DNA of 64,000 nt from Candidatus Omnitrophota bacterium (GTDB lineage: Bacteria; Omnitrophota; Gorgyraeia; Gygaellales; Profunditerraquicolaceae). The notes beneath the pieces are model-generated. The model was given only the letters and a program-made list of their open reading frames with translations, did no database searches and was not told the origin of the DNA. The position numbers and the translations under genes were made by a program. Where the stretch lies: assembly GCA_003598135.1 (NCBI GenBank), contig QZKA01000026.1, positions 11,258-75,257 of the forward strand, in the 5' to 3' direction. Below are positions 9,143-17,635 of this stretch, one piece after another (within the stretch, counting starts at the first letter, position 1; every line of letters begins with the position of its first letter).

Positions 9143-11790
9143 TATCCACCTACGGTCACTTTAGGAATAATCGCCAATATCGTCACCGGGAGCGGGTCTA
9201 TCTGCCTGAAGAATACGTTCCCGCCCTCTTTATAATCACCGGTGATTGGTTGCTTATGCGGCCCTGTATAAAGCACAATCGGCGAACCCATCGGTTCATT
9301 GGTGCGCTGCACTATTTCATCAAGATGGTCTTTATCCGGGCCGATCCATCCGCCCCTTGAGTTAAGGAAATAGAATTGTACCTGCGCTACTTTTAAAAGC
9401 TTCCCTTGCGTTGTCCCGGAAGCAAGATTAAATTCAATGTTAAGAGTCTCCAAGTCGGCCGTGTATGGCAATCCCACATGCACAATAGATGCGTAGACCG
9501 GAAGAGTAATGCTTCCGCTCTCTACCGTGATGCCGTCTATTACATTCCCATCAGCTAATATAGCCACTTCCTTATCTTCAAGGTGGTCAAGCCCAGAAAA
9601 AGTGTTTTCCGCCTTCCGCACTTCCCCGCCCGATTCGTAGGCAGAGAATGCTGTCCCGTCTATATCTGTATCGTCCTCTTCATCCGTAAGCTCAAAGGTA
9701 TACGTCGTGGCATTCGCTACCTTATATCGAAGATCGTTTATTTCAGCCATTCCCTGTACGTCACGTATGTCGACAAGATCTCCATTGCTAAATCCGTGCG
9801 CTTCTGAAGTGGTGATCACCACCGGTTCTGCTTTCGTGGCCCCGGTTATTGTCTTTGGCGAATCATAACTTATCCCGCAATCCACGAAGAATTGGTCCCG
9901 CGGGTCGGTTGATACCATGCGCTGCGTGAGGCGTTCAATAAATCTCTGGCTCCCTCTTTTCACTATAAACCATACCTCGTCATACGTATCTCCGGGGATA
10001 CAGGCTACCGATTCAAAGTCGCCATCGGTATCATGCCATGCCCAGGCGACCACTTCTTGCTCTCTTAAATAGGTAAGGGATAGTAAGATGCCATCATTCC
10101 TGAGACACCATAAAATGCTATCCGGTTCTGCCTGATACGCCATGGCTACGATTGAATGATTCTGAAATAAATGATTTGATAACAGGCTCAGTGGATCACC
10201 CGTATAGCCGTCGGTCGCGTAGTCATACACAAGGTCGCGCACAATAGAGCCTTTGGGTTGTATGAATATTATCCGATTCCCTATGATCTCGGGGGTTACC
10301 TCTGAGCTTCCCCTGCTCCCCTGGAATTGCTGGCTTATGGAAGTAGGTGTTATTATCCCGCTTAAAGCCGGTCCTATACTCCATTCACTTGACGAAGTAA
10401 AAGCGATAATTTTACCAAGAGACACAAGATGCCTGATGGCATTCATCTTCCGGCTTGGAAGATTAACAGTGATTCCATCCGAGTCAACGAGTGGATCGCT
10501 TCGTCCGAAGTTCACATAATTGCTGGTTTTTGTACCCCATGTCGTCTGAGGTTCTGCTTTAGTTGAAGCAAAAACTACCCTATCTTGATAAAAATTGACA
10601 GTTGCGGGATATCCTCGATAATCAGACCATGCACCTTCTGACCAATCAGCGGTTGCGGAAGCAAGCCCTATCTCTTCCTGCACCTCTGCTTCTACTTCTG
10701 TGGCAGAAGTATAGTCAGATATCTTTGCGATACCTACGTGAGTATATGCATCGGTGGTAAGATCTACGTTGATCGTGCCGCTTGTATAGCTGTGGCAATT
10801 TATTCTTACCAGAAACGGCCGTTCTTCATCTTCTTCCCCGTACGTGTTGGGATTATAGTCATCGGCTGACGAGAATGACCGTATGGTCGTCCAGGTAGTG
10901 CCTCCGTCGGTTGACTTCTCTACTTTTATTTTTCCCGTCCATGTACCATGAGTGATAATACGCCACGTCCCGCCGCATTTTATGGCTGTCCCCTGCCCTG
11001 TGCCGGTAAATGCACCTGTATATGATTGCCCTTCTATATAGTGGTCAAACTTAAATAATGCTCCTACATGCAGGATGTCAAATAAACCCTCTGATGCGGT
11101 TAAGGTTATCGTGCCGGTCGTGGCTGAGGGGGTAATGGTTTTTACTGTCACATTCTGCGACATGAACGGACCGTCTTCAAAAGGATATAATTCAAGGCGC
11201 CAGGAAATATGAGAATATCTCGAGAGAGTGCGGGGATAAAAATCAGAACTGGTGATGTACAATACATCGGCTGACTGCACAAATTTAAGCCCTACGAGAT
11301 CTGTTTCTGCGTATGGCGTTTCTATCTCATAGACGCTTGATTCTTCCCAATCAGTGGTATTCCCTGGAGGAGTATTGTGATCGGTCCCGTTTGAGGTATG
11401 GTTAGTCTTGGAGCGATAGATAACATCGCTTACTTTGACAAAATCGCCTATGTAATAATCAACGCCTGATGCCCAGGCGGCCGTAGACGTGGGGGCGATA
11501 ATCTGCCCACCGTTCATATAAAAACGGCAGTAGTACTCCCCAAACTCTATCATGTAGGCTTGCTCTTTTGAAAATTCAAAAGGCACAAGCCGCCCATACT
11601 TGTTGCCGTATTTTGCGGAGGCTATATATTGTAGGCCGGGGCGGTTCGATGCTCCGCCATGCGGATGCACGAAGAAATTGCGCAGAGTCTTGCAGCCTGA
11701 ATTATAGCGCTGCAGGTCAACGCGCTCCCATAAACTCGGGGCAAATTCACCACCGGTAAACGCAGGTTTTAATGCGCTGATAGGCTGCAT
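9142..11790 (-). CDS. Tail tubular protein B / nozzle, 882 aa
   Basis: N-terminal FTGGEFAPSL..RVDL...RPG, 'GYPATVNFYQDR', 'YLREQEVVAWAWH', 'GLDHLE', 'VHVGLPY' motifs of the T7 gp12/BPP-1-like family. Confidence 0.9.
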   Translation of the reverse strand: MQPISALKPAFTGGEFAPSLWERVDLQRYNSGCKTLRNFFVHPHGGASNRPGLQYIASAKYGNKYGRLVPFEFSKEQAYMIEFGEYYCRFYMNGGQIIAPTSTAAWASGVDYYIGDFVKVSDVIYRSKTNHTSNGTDHNTPPGNTTDWEESSVYEIETPYAETDLVGLKFVQSADVLYITSSDFYPRTLSRYSHISWRLELYPFEDGPFMSQNVTVKTITPSATTGTITLTASEGLFDILHVGALFKFDHYIEGQSYTGAFTGTGQGTAIKCGGTWRIITHGTWTGKIKVEKSTDGGTTWTTIRSFSSADDYNPNTYGEEDEERPFLVRINCHSYTSGTINVDLTTDAYTHVGIAKISDYTSATEVEAEVQEEIGLASATADWSEGAWSDYRGYPATVNFYQDRVVFASTKAEPQTTWGTKTSNYVNFGRSDPLVDSDGITVNLPSRKMNAIRHLVSLGKIIAFTSSSEWSIGPALSGIITPTSISQQFQGSRGSSEVTPEIIGNRIIFIQPKGSIVRDLVYDYATDGYTGDPLSLLSNHLFQNHSIVAMAYQAEPDSILWCLRNDGILLSLTYLREQEVVAWAWHDTDGDFESVACIPGDTYDEVWFIVKRGSQRFIERLTQRMVSTDPRDQFFVDCGISYDSPKTITGATKAEPVVITTSEAHGFSNGDLVDIRDVQGMAEINDLRYKVANATTYTFELTDEEDDTDIDGTAFSAYESGGEVRKAENTFSGLDHLEDKEVAILADGNVIDGITVESGSITLPVYASIVHVGLPYTADLETLNIEFNLASGTTQGKLLKVAQVQFYFLNSRGGWIGPDKDHLDEIVQRTNEPMGSPIVLYTGPHKQPITGDYKEGGNVFFRQIDPLPVTILAIIPKVTVGG

Positions 11791-11792
11791 CG

Positions 11793-12062
11793 TTATCCTA
11801 AAAGGCTGGGTTCTTTTTCTTTCTTCTTGTCTTTCCCTACGATCTCGCCTTCTTTGAGCTCAAAGGTTACTATCTTGCGCCATTCATTATCCTCAAAACC
11901 GCAGATCTTGCCCTTAAGCCTTATCTCTACCTCATCGTTACGCTTCACATCTTTATCGATGATAAACGAAAGTGGCAAGTCTACTTTTGGATATGTTACC
12001 TTTGGGCCATTATCCGGGTGGTCGTATATCTTTTCATCGCGCTTAGTACCTAAATCTTTCAT
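11793..12062 (-). CDS. Small phage hypothetical protein (likely start MKDLG at 12062)
   Basis: Fills the gap between tail tube A and B; GAAAGGAG RBS before ATG 12062. Confidence 0.6.
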   Translation of the reverse strand: MKDLGTKRDEKIYDHPDNGPKVTYPKVDLPLSFIIDKDVKRNDEVEIRLKGKICGFEDNEWRKIVTFELKEGEIVGKDKKKEKEPSLLG

Positions 12063-12072
12063 CTGTCTCCTT

Positions 12073-12993
12073 TCACCTCGCGTCTTCAAAAGACGAGGAT
12101 TCCGTTGGCTTGATGTTTTTTTCAATATCGTTTATCCTGGCGGCGTCGCTTACCATCGAGCCGTATATTTGAAGCATCGTTTTTGCAATGGTGTCGTCGC
12201 CGGTAAGAGGTTTTGCAATTTGCGCAGCAAGCAAAAAAGAAAACGCCATCACAAAAGACACGTCGAATAAAGTAGCATCTACGACCTGATAGGTATATTC
12301 GGCGTAGGCATCCTCATAATCACAAGCAATTACCTTCCTATTGATTGAAGGAAGAAGCAAGGTTTCGTATTCTATGGGCGGTGGATTCTTGTTCCCGGTG
12401 TCCACGAATATCTTACGTATACAAAGGCATTTTACTGGATAACCGTATACATATCCCCATCCGGAACATGTTTGGTCCGCTAATTCCGCGAGAGGCGCCT
12501 TCACCGAAGCAAATCTCCAAGCTTTTGCCCTTAAAACCGCGTCCCTGCTGATTTCGTATATCCTGTTTAAAGCACGCGCACTCTCCAGTTCATCGGTAAG
12601 AGACACTATCGGACTTACACCAATATGCGCTAATGCAAGGTTGCAAATAGCAATGTCAGAAGTAGATGTCCTTCCGAGTATCGCGGTAGGATAATCATCC
12701 GAGCTCACCGCTATGAATGCCTGCGGATACTTTACGTCAAGCGTAGAATCTTCTATCAACACCATATATGTATCTTCTGTAGGCGGAGTAAAACTCTGCT
12801 TCCAGAAAATATCATAATCCCACGTCATAGATCCGCTCGCCTCTGCTACCTGGAAGGCAAGGGTGCTGAAATTCCAGTAATACCCATCTAAAAGACGGCG
12901 TATCGTAATTGTCACTGTGTCGGTAGATACACTTTCCGGAATGGCCTCAACAATGGGAAAATATTGATTGGCTACGATTATCATATATTTCAT
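12073..12993 (-). CDS. Tail tubular protein A / adaptor with N-terminal extra domain
   Basis: C-terminal ~195 aa has ICNLALAHIG, RDAVLR..W.FA, Y.YP..CL motifs; ~110-aa N-terminal extension. Confidence 0.82.
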   Translation of the reverse strand: MKYMIIVANQYFPIVEAIPESVSTDTVTITIRRLLDGYYWNFSTLAFQVAEASGSMTWDYDIFWKQSFTPPTEDTYMVLIEDSTLDVKYPQAFIAVSSDDYPTAILGRTSTSDIAICNLALAHIGVSPIVSLTDELESARALNRIYEISRDAVLRAKAWRFASVKAPLAELADQTCSGWGYVYGYPVKCLCIRKIFVDTGNKNPPPIEYETLLLPSINRKVIACDYEDAYAEYTYQVVDATLFDVSFVMAFSFLLAAQIAKPLTGDDTIAKTMLQIYGSMVSDAARINDIEKNIKPTESSSFEDAR

Positions 12994-13002
12994 ATTGTCT
13001 CC

Positions 13003-14511
13003 TTACCTCTGTATTCTGATCATCCTTTCAATACCTGTATAATTTCCGGCTTCTTTTTCGCCGTTTGTATAGTTGCCGATTTGCTGCAACGTTGAGGTGG
13101 TAGCGTTGTTTATGATCCCCAATGCCCCCTTGATCGCCACTTTCTCTGCCTCGCCCCAGTCACCGGTCCCCGATGTCGGCAGCACGTTCATTTTATTCCC
13201 CATGGTGCCGGTGCCGTTGTAGGAAGCCATAGTCGCGTTCCACACTCCGCCGGTGATGTTGGCGATATCCCCCGCGCCGATAGTGGCATTTATCGATTGC
13301 GTGAGCGTCCTGGTCGCATAACCCCATACGTCAGAGGCGCCTAATGTCGAGCGCGAGGATACGGCCGCGTCAAGATATCCGGCCTTGGTTGCATTCCAGG
13401 TAGTATCTGATGTCATATTGCCGGCTGGTTTCTTGTCCCACAGGCCTTTTAAGTAAGTCCCTGCGTAGCCTGCGCCGCTATATCCAGAGATATCCTTATT
13501 CCAGATGTTCGTATATTCGCCTGAGTCAAGTGTAACGCCTGTCTTGTTGGTAATATTCGTTACTAACGGAATGACTGCGCCGGTATGGGCGTTATTGGAA
13601 AGAATAACCTTATTATCTGTGCCAAGCACCCAGTCGGCGAGTTTCTTGCCGATTGAGCCGGCAGTTGTCAGCGCTGAGGTAAGCGCGTCCCAAATGGACT
13701 GTATCGCGGCAGCTGAGAGGCTCCCTATCGATCCGCTTAGGTTGCCGGTGATATTGCCTGTCAGGTTGAACGCTTGCGCGCCTGAGAGGCTGTAACCGGC
13801 CTTATCTGACACGGTAGAGGCGGTATATCCGGTTTTGTCGTCATTCGTGCCTACCGTGACCTTCCCTGCGCTCGTGATGAGCAGACTTGAGAAGTTGCCC
13901 GGGAATGACTGGCTTAAGGTATAACCTGTCTTGTCATTATTGGTCGTGACAGTTACGCCGGTCTGCGGCGTTGACTTGGTATAATTTGAAGCGTCGAATT
14001 GGATTTTGTCGGTCTGTGCCTTGATAGCTACGGAAGTACCATTGATTGATGTAACTGTGCCGTTGATTATTCCCGTGTCGTTCTTGATTGCCTCAAGCCC
14101 GAATGTGGCGTTGTTTATAATGGCATAAGAATCGCTCTCGAGTTTCGAAACGATATCTATTGTTTTTCTGAACGTCCGTACGCCAGCCTTATCCACGTAT
14201 ACTATTAATTCACCTTCTGTATCTGTCATTACTGAGGTAGTATTAAGCCTATACAATCCTGGCATATTAGTTGCATTAATCTCAGTCCATTCAGGCGATG
14301 TAAGGTTTATCGCTTCACCACCCGCCTTTGAGTAATATACTATTGGGGAAGTAACTCCGACCGTCCCAGTGTATCCATCGGTGGAATTGACCAGGAGGAT
14401 AGCAATAGGCGTGATCGAGTTCTGTTTTATCTCAAGCGCAAAGGCGCTTGTAACAAGCATGACACACAAGAATAAAGACAGCAACTTTTCGATAATGGAC
14501 AGTTTCTTCAT
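13003..14511 (-). CDS. Secreted Thr/Gly/Asn-rich fibre-like protein, 502 aa, signal peptide, ~24 N-X-S/T sequons
   Basis: MKK + hydrophobic core + AFA cleavage site; TVxTN(N/D)DKTGY repeats and spaced xxVW motifs; sequons counted by hand. Confidence 0.75.
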   Translation of the reverse strand: MKKLSIIEKLLSLFLCVMLVTSAFALEIKQNSITPIAILLVNSTDGYTGTVGVTSPIVYYSKAGGEAINLTSPEWTEINATNMPGLYRLNTTSVMTDTEGELIVYVDKAGVRTFRKTIDIVSKLESDSYAIINNATFGLEAIKNDTGIINGTVTSINGTSVAIKAQTDKIQFDASNYTKSTPQTGVTVTTNNDKTGYTLSQSFPGNFSSLLITSAGKVTVGTNDDKTGYTASTVSDKAGYSLSGAQAFNLTGNITGNLSGSIGSLSAAAIQSIWDALTSALTTAGSIGKKLADWVLGTDNKVILSNNAHTGAVIPLVTNITNKTGVTLDSGEYTNIWNKDISGYSGAGYAGTYLKGLWDKKPAGNMTSDTTWNATKAGYLDAAVSSRSTLGASDVWGYATRTLTQSINATIGAGDIANITGGVWNATMASYNGTGTMGNKMNVLPTSGTGDWGEAEKVAIKGALGIINNATTSTLQQIGNYTNGEKEAGNYTGIERMIRIQR

Positions 14512-15680
14512 TGGTCAAATCCCCCGTTAAATTTATAATCACCATAATAAATCGTTCCATTGCCGCCGCCGGATGTAGTATTCACTCCGGTAACAAGCAG
14601 TGAACCAATATATACCTTCGTTTTATTATCTACCCATGCGCCTTCGTCAGTGCGTTGTGTTGCATACATAAAATCACCGAATTCAGAAGATTGGTTCTTT
14701 ATAATTTCGTCCGGATACGCGTAATACTGCCACGTCATTGTTTCTGTTGTTTGGTTAGTGAATATAATAAACCGATATGTTTCTCCCTGGTTTAATGTAA
14801 TTGTAGGCCAGCCTACTCTATAAGGCCCGTGGTTATTTGATTGGCGTACACCTATATTAACCGTGGTATTGGAAAGTACTACATTCGTTGCATTCAGTAT
14901 TTTTATGAAGCCAAAATTAGTATCACATTTAAGTGCAAGATACGCACCTGACACGTTCATCGTAAACGGCGGAATAATGACATTGCCTATTTCATCGGGG
15001 TCAAGATTGCTTCTTACGGTATCTTTTCCTTGTTGTGCAATCGAAGAAAGCCCAGTAACAAATGGCGTTGAACCGTCGCTATACTCCAGTCCACCAAGCC
15101 CTTGACTAACTCCCCTTGCCCAGGAAGTGGTATATAGGGCGGTATAGGGGTGCAATCCGCCAAAATATGCTGATACCCGAGATACAGTAAAATTGCCATA
15201 GTCGCTTCCAGGATTTTTTATAGTAAGTGCTGCCACACTGCCTGCAAGCCCTGTTACATTCACAGGCTGATTGAGAGAGACAGTATGATAAGTATTATTA
15301 TGTGTATCGGCAATAAGCCTATATATTGCTTGCGAATCAGCGCCAAGCAATGAACCGGAAGGATCTCCTGACGATAAATTAACCGTTTCTAAAGCTACCG
15401 TTGCATTTGCACCGGTGCTTACGCCAGTAGTTCTAAAAGATACTTTAGAGATAGTGCCATTTTTAGGGATATAAAATATAAAAGCTGCTGTCTCATCGGC
15501 GGCATCAACCAACATCGTAGCGATTGCAGGCTCTCCCGCGGCATTAGTAGCTTCGATAGGGAAAAGGAACGCCCCGCTTATCATTGCGCTATAACCGACT
15601 TTTAAAATCAGCACTATGGACAATGCCAATGGACATAATATACCAGATGCTTTAATTTTATTCCGCACTCCACGCCTCAT
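14508..15680 (-). CDS. Exported beta-rich protein, 390 aa, ~14 N-X-S/T sequons
   Basis: Basic N-terminus then hydrophobic GILCPLALSIVLIL; ATGA overlap with the downstream gene. Confidence 0.72.
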   Translation of the reverse strand: MRRGVRNKIKASGILCPLALSIVLILKVGYSAMISGAFLFPIEATNAAGEPAIATMLVDAADETAAFIFYIPKNGTISKVSFRTTGVSTGANATVALETVNLSSGDPSGSLLGADSQAIYRLIADTHNNTYHTVSLNQPVNVTGLAGSVAALTIKNPGSDYGNFTVSRVSAYFGGLHPYTALYTTSWARGVSQGLGGLEYSDGSTPFVTGLSSIAQQGKDTVRSNLDPDEIGNVIIPPFTMNVSGAYLALKCDTNFGFIKILNATNVVLSNTTVNIGVRQSNNHGPYRVGWPTITLNQGETYRFIIFTNQTTETMTWQYYAYPDEIIKNQSSEFGDFMYATQRTDEGAWVDNKTKVYIGSLLVTGVNTTSGGGNGTIYYGDYKFNGGFDQ

Positions 15681-15972
15681 CTTTTTGAATATCTACTTTT
15701 GTGCTAATGGTATAATTTAATAAAGATTGTGCTTTTGATTTTTTGAAAAAAACTTTGATTTGTTTAAGCGCTTCGCTGTCATTATCAGACTGAGGTTCCT
15801 TTACCTCATCCTTAGTGGTGATTTCCACAACTTCGCCCTTCTCATTCTCGATATTGATATGTCTGCACGTATTTCCATTAGGCGCAATGACGATAGTATA
15901 ATTTTCTCCCCACGCCCTTCCACCTACCGCCAATCCCAGCACCAGCGCCATTGCTATAATCAGTTTTTTCAT
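15658..15972 (-). CDS. Small secreted protein, 104 aa
   Basis: MKKLIIAMALVLGLAVGGRAWG signal peptide; AAGGAG RBS. Confidence 0.72.
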   Translation of the reverse strand: MKKLIIAMALVLGLAVGGRAWGENYTIVIAPNGNTCRHINIENEKGEVVEITTKDEVKEPQSDNDSEALKQIKVFFKKSKAQSLLNYTISTKVDIQKDEAWSAE

Positions 15973-15990
15973 AGGGTTACTCCTTAAATA

Positions 15991-16016
15991 GCGGGCCCGC
16001 CGTAGGACGGACCCGC
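15991..16016 (-). other. GC-rich intergenic stem-loop (terminator/processing/stability hairpin)
   Basis: GCGGGTCCGTC-CTAC-GGCGGGCCCGC followed by TATTT and the RBS of the secreted-protein cassette. Confidence 0.6.
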
Positions 16017-16022
16017 GATTGC

Positions 16023-16358
16023 TTACTTCTGCTGGCGCTTCTTAGCCTTGGCAACAATAGCCCTTATTTTCTGCTGGCTGATGTCTCTGGCTAACACTTC
16101 CAGTAATTCTTCTTGATTCAGTACCTCGGCATCTTTAATACCGTGGCTCTTGGCTTCAACCAACAGCTCTTCGCGTGCTACAGCAGCTGCAGTCGTTGGT
16201 TCTTCCTGCTTCTGCTCTTTGACTGCTGCGGATTCTGCTTTTATCTTTTTAAAATGCTTAGGAGGATTCATTTCAGGGTCTATCTCTACAATCTCCCCCT
16301 TCTCCCAGTACCTGTTTTGGAATCCGTAACAGTCTCTTAAAACTTCGTACTTAGCCAT
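16023..16358 (-). CDS. Phage head-module hypothetical protein
   Basis: N-terminal 'KYEVLRDCYGFQNRYWEKGEIV...PPKHF' small domain and helical C-terminus; position after cement genes. Confidence 0.65.
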   Translation of the reverse strand: MAKYEVLRDCYGFQNRYWEKGEIVEIDPEMNPPKHFKKIKAESAAVKEQKQEEPTTAAAVAREELLVEAKSHGIKDAEVLNQEELLEVLARDISQQKIRAIVAKAKKRQQK

Positions 16359-16372
16359 GTTTTCCTTTCTCC

Positions 16373-17128
16373 TTACGCGTCAGCAATGGTAAAAGTAACC
16401 TGCAGCATAAATGCCGGCGGGTTAGCAGTAGATCCATTGGTTACGGCAAGGACTAATTTTTCCCCAGCTGCCAATACTTTGTATGTTCCGCTTAATGCTC
16501 CTAAGCTGCCGGAAGCATTTTCATCCGGGAACGGAGTTTCGTTATCATAGGTTGCCGTGGCAATAGCGTTTGAGCCGTTCTTAATGGCTACTGCGCAGGT
16601 GTTACCGGCATCAATACCGGCCGCTGTGCCGTGCGAGATGATCCTGGCATCGGTAATGGTAAAGACCATCCCCGTGGGTACTTCGAGTAAGGCTTTAGCC
16701 GCGATATCCGCACCCGCTGCGAGATCTTCTACCTGATAATTAACTACCCTGGTGTTTGCCGTTGCCGTCATCTTTGCAGGCGGCAAGAAGCCGTCGGCAA
16801 ACAATGCTCTGGTAGAAGCATCTGCAACAAAAGCGCCGTCTGCGATAAGAAGAAGCAGTACGGCGTTTGTGAAGCTGTCGGCATCAAACTTAGCCAAGAC
16901 CGTAGCAGCATCGAAGAAATCATCTGCTATCTTGCCTCTGCCTGCAGCGGAAGCTGCCAAGGCCCCGGCAAGTATCTTGGCTGTCGTCACCGCATCATCT
17001 GCGGGCGTGCCGGTGGTTACCGCTTTGGAATTCGTTCCGTCATGATCATGCCCATTCGCCGTGTCAAAGACAAGGCAAAGTAGGTCGACCAGTTCGGCCA
17101 CGTTTTTGAAATTGTAATATACGCTCAT
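16373..17128 (-). CDS. Putative head decoration/fibre protein, 251 aa
   Basis: GHDHDGTNS motif, Ala-rich AVTTAKI-type segments, beta-rich C-terminus; AGAGGAG RBS; follows cement gene. Confidence 0.55.
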   Translation of the reverse strand: MSVYYNFKNVAELVDLLCLVFDTANGHDHDGTNSKAVTTGTPADDAVTTAKILAGALAASAAGRGKIADDFFDAATVLAKFDADSFTNAVLLLLIADGAFVADASTRALFADGFLPPAKMTATANTRVVNYQVEDLAAGADIAAKALLEVPTGMVFTITDARIISHGTAAGIDAGNTCAVAIKNGSNAIATATYDNETPFPDENASGSLGALSGTYKVLAAGEKLVLAVTNGSTANPPAFMLQVTFTIADA

Positions 17129-17148
17129 GGTTCTCCTCTCTGGTTAAT

Positions 17149-17177
17149 AAGGGGCCTGCTTTATGGGCAGGCCCCTT
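17149..17177 (-). terminator. Stem-loop after capsid/cement genes
   Basis: 11-bp perfect inverted repeat AAGGGGCCTGC/GCAGGCCCCTT with 7-nt loop; weak U tail. Confidence 0.55.
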
Positions 17178-17187
17178 GGTTACCTAC

Positions 17188-17598
17188 TTAGGCTATGTTC
17201 ACATCCGGTGTTAAAAACGCATCGATGGTGCCGGAAGTTATGGCTTCTCCGCTTTCAGTGTAATAAAGCCTGATATATCTCTGCAGGCCCGGAGGAAGCT
17301 TAATCTTCCAGACGATTGTGTTGACAGTCAAAGCTGCTTGCGCGAACGTCTTTGAGACATGGACTATTTTGGTGCTGTTTGTGGAAAAATCTTCCACGCT
17401 GTCGCTTTCCAAGGCGATATTCAAAGAAGCTCCGTGCCCTGAAGAGTCTATAGCCGTACCTATCCTCACTACGAGGTAAAGCTCAGCTCCGGCGACTGCG
17501 TCACCGGCTTTCGTCATGTCTATGACATTGGTGCTTGCGCCTGTAGCATCCGTGGCAGCCTGAAGCGCGGAAAATAAAAGATGTGCATCTTTAATCAT
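17188..17598 (-). CDS. Capsid cement protein (Bbp16-like)
   Basis: MIxDAxLLFS..QA..T..STNVID...RYIRLYY...G.IDAFL pattern; directly after MCP. Confidence 0.82.
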   Translation of the reverse strand: MIKDAHLLFSALQAATDATGASTNVIDMTKAGDAVAGAELYLVVRIGTAIDSSGHGASLNIALESDSVEDFSTNSTKIVHVSKTFAQAALTVNTIVWKIKLPPGLQRYIRLYYTESGEAITSGTIDAFLTPDVNIA

Positions 17599-17635
17599 GG
17601 TATCTCTCCTTCGTTTAGTTTCGGTTAAACTACGT

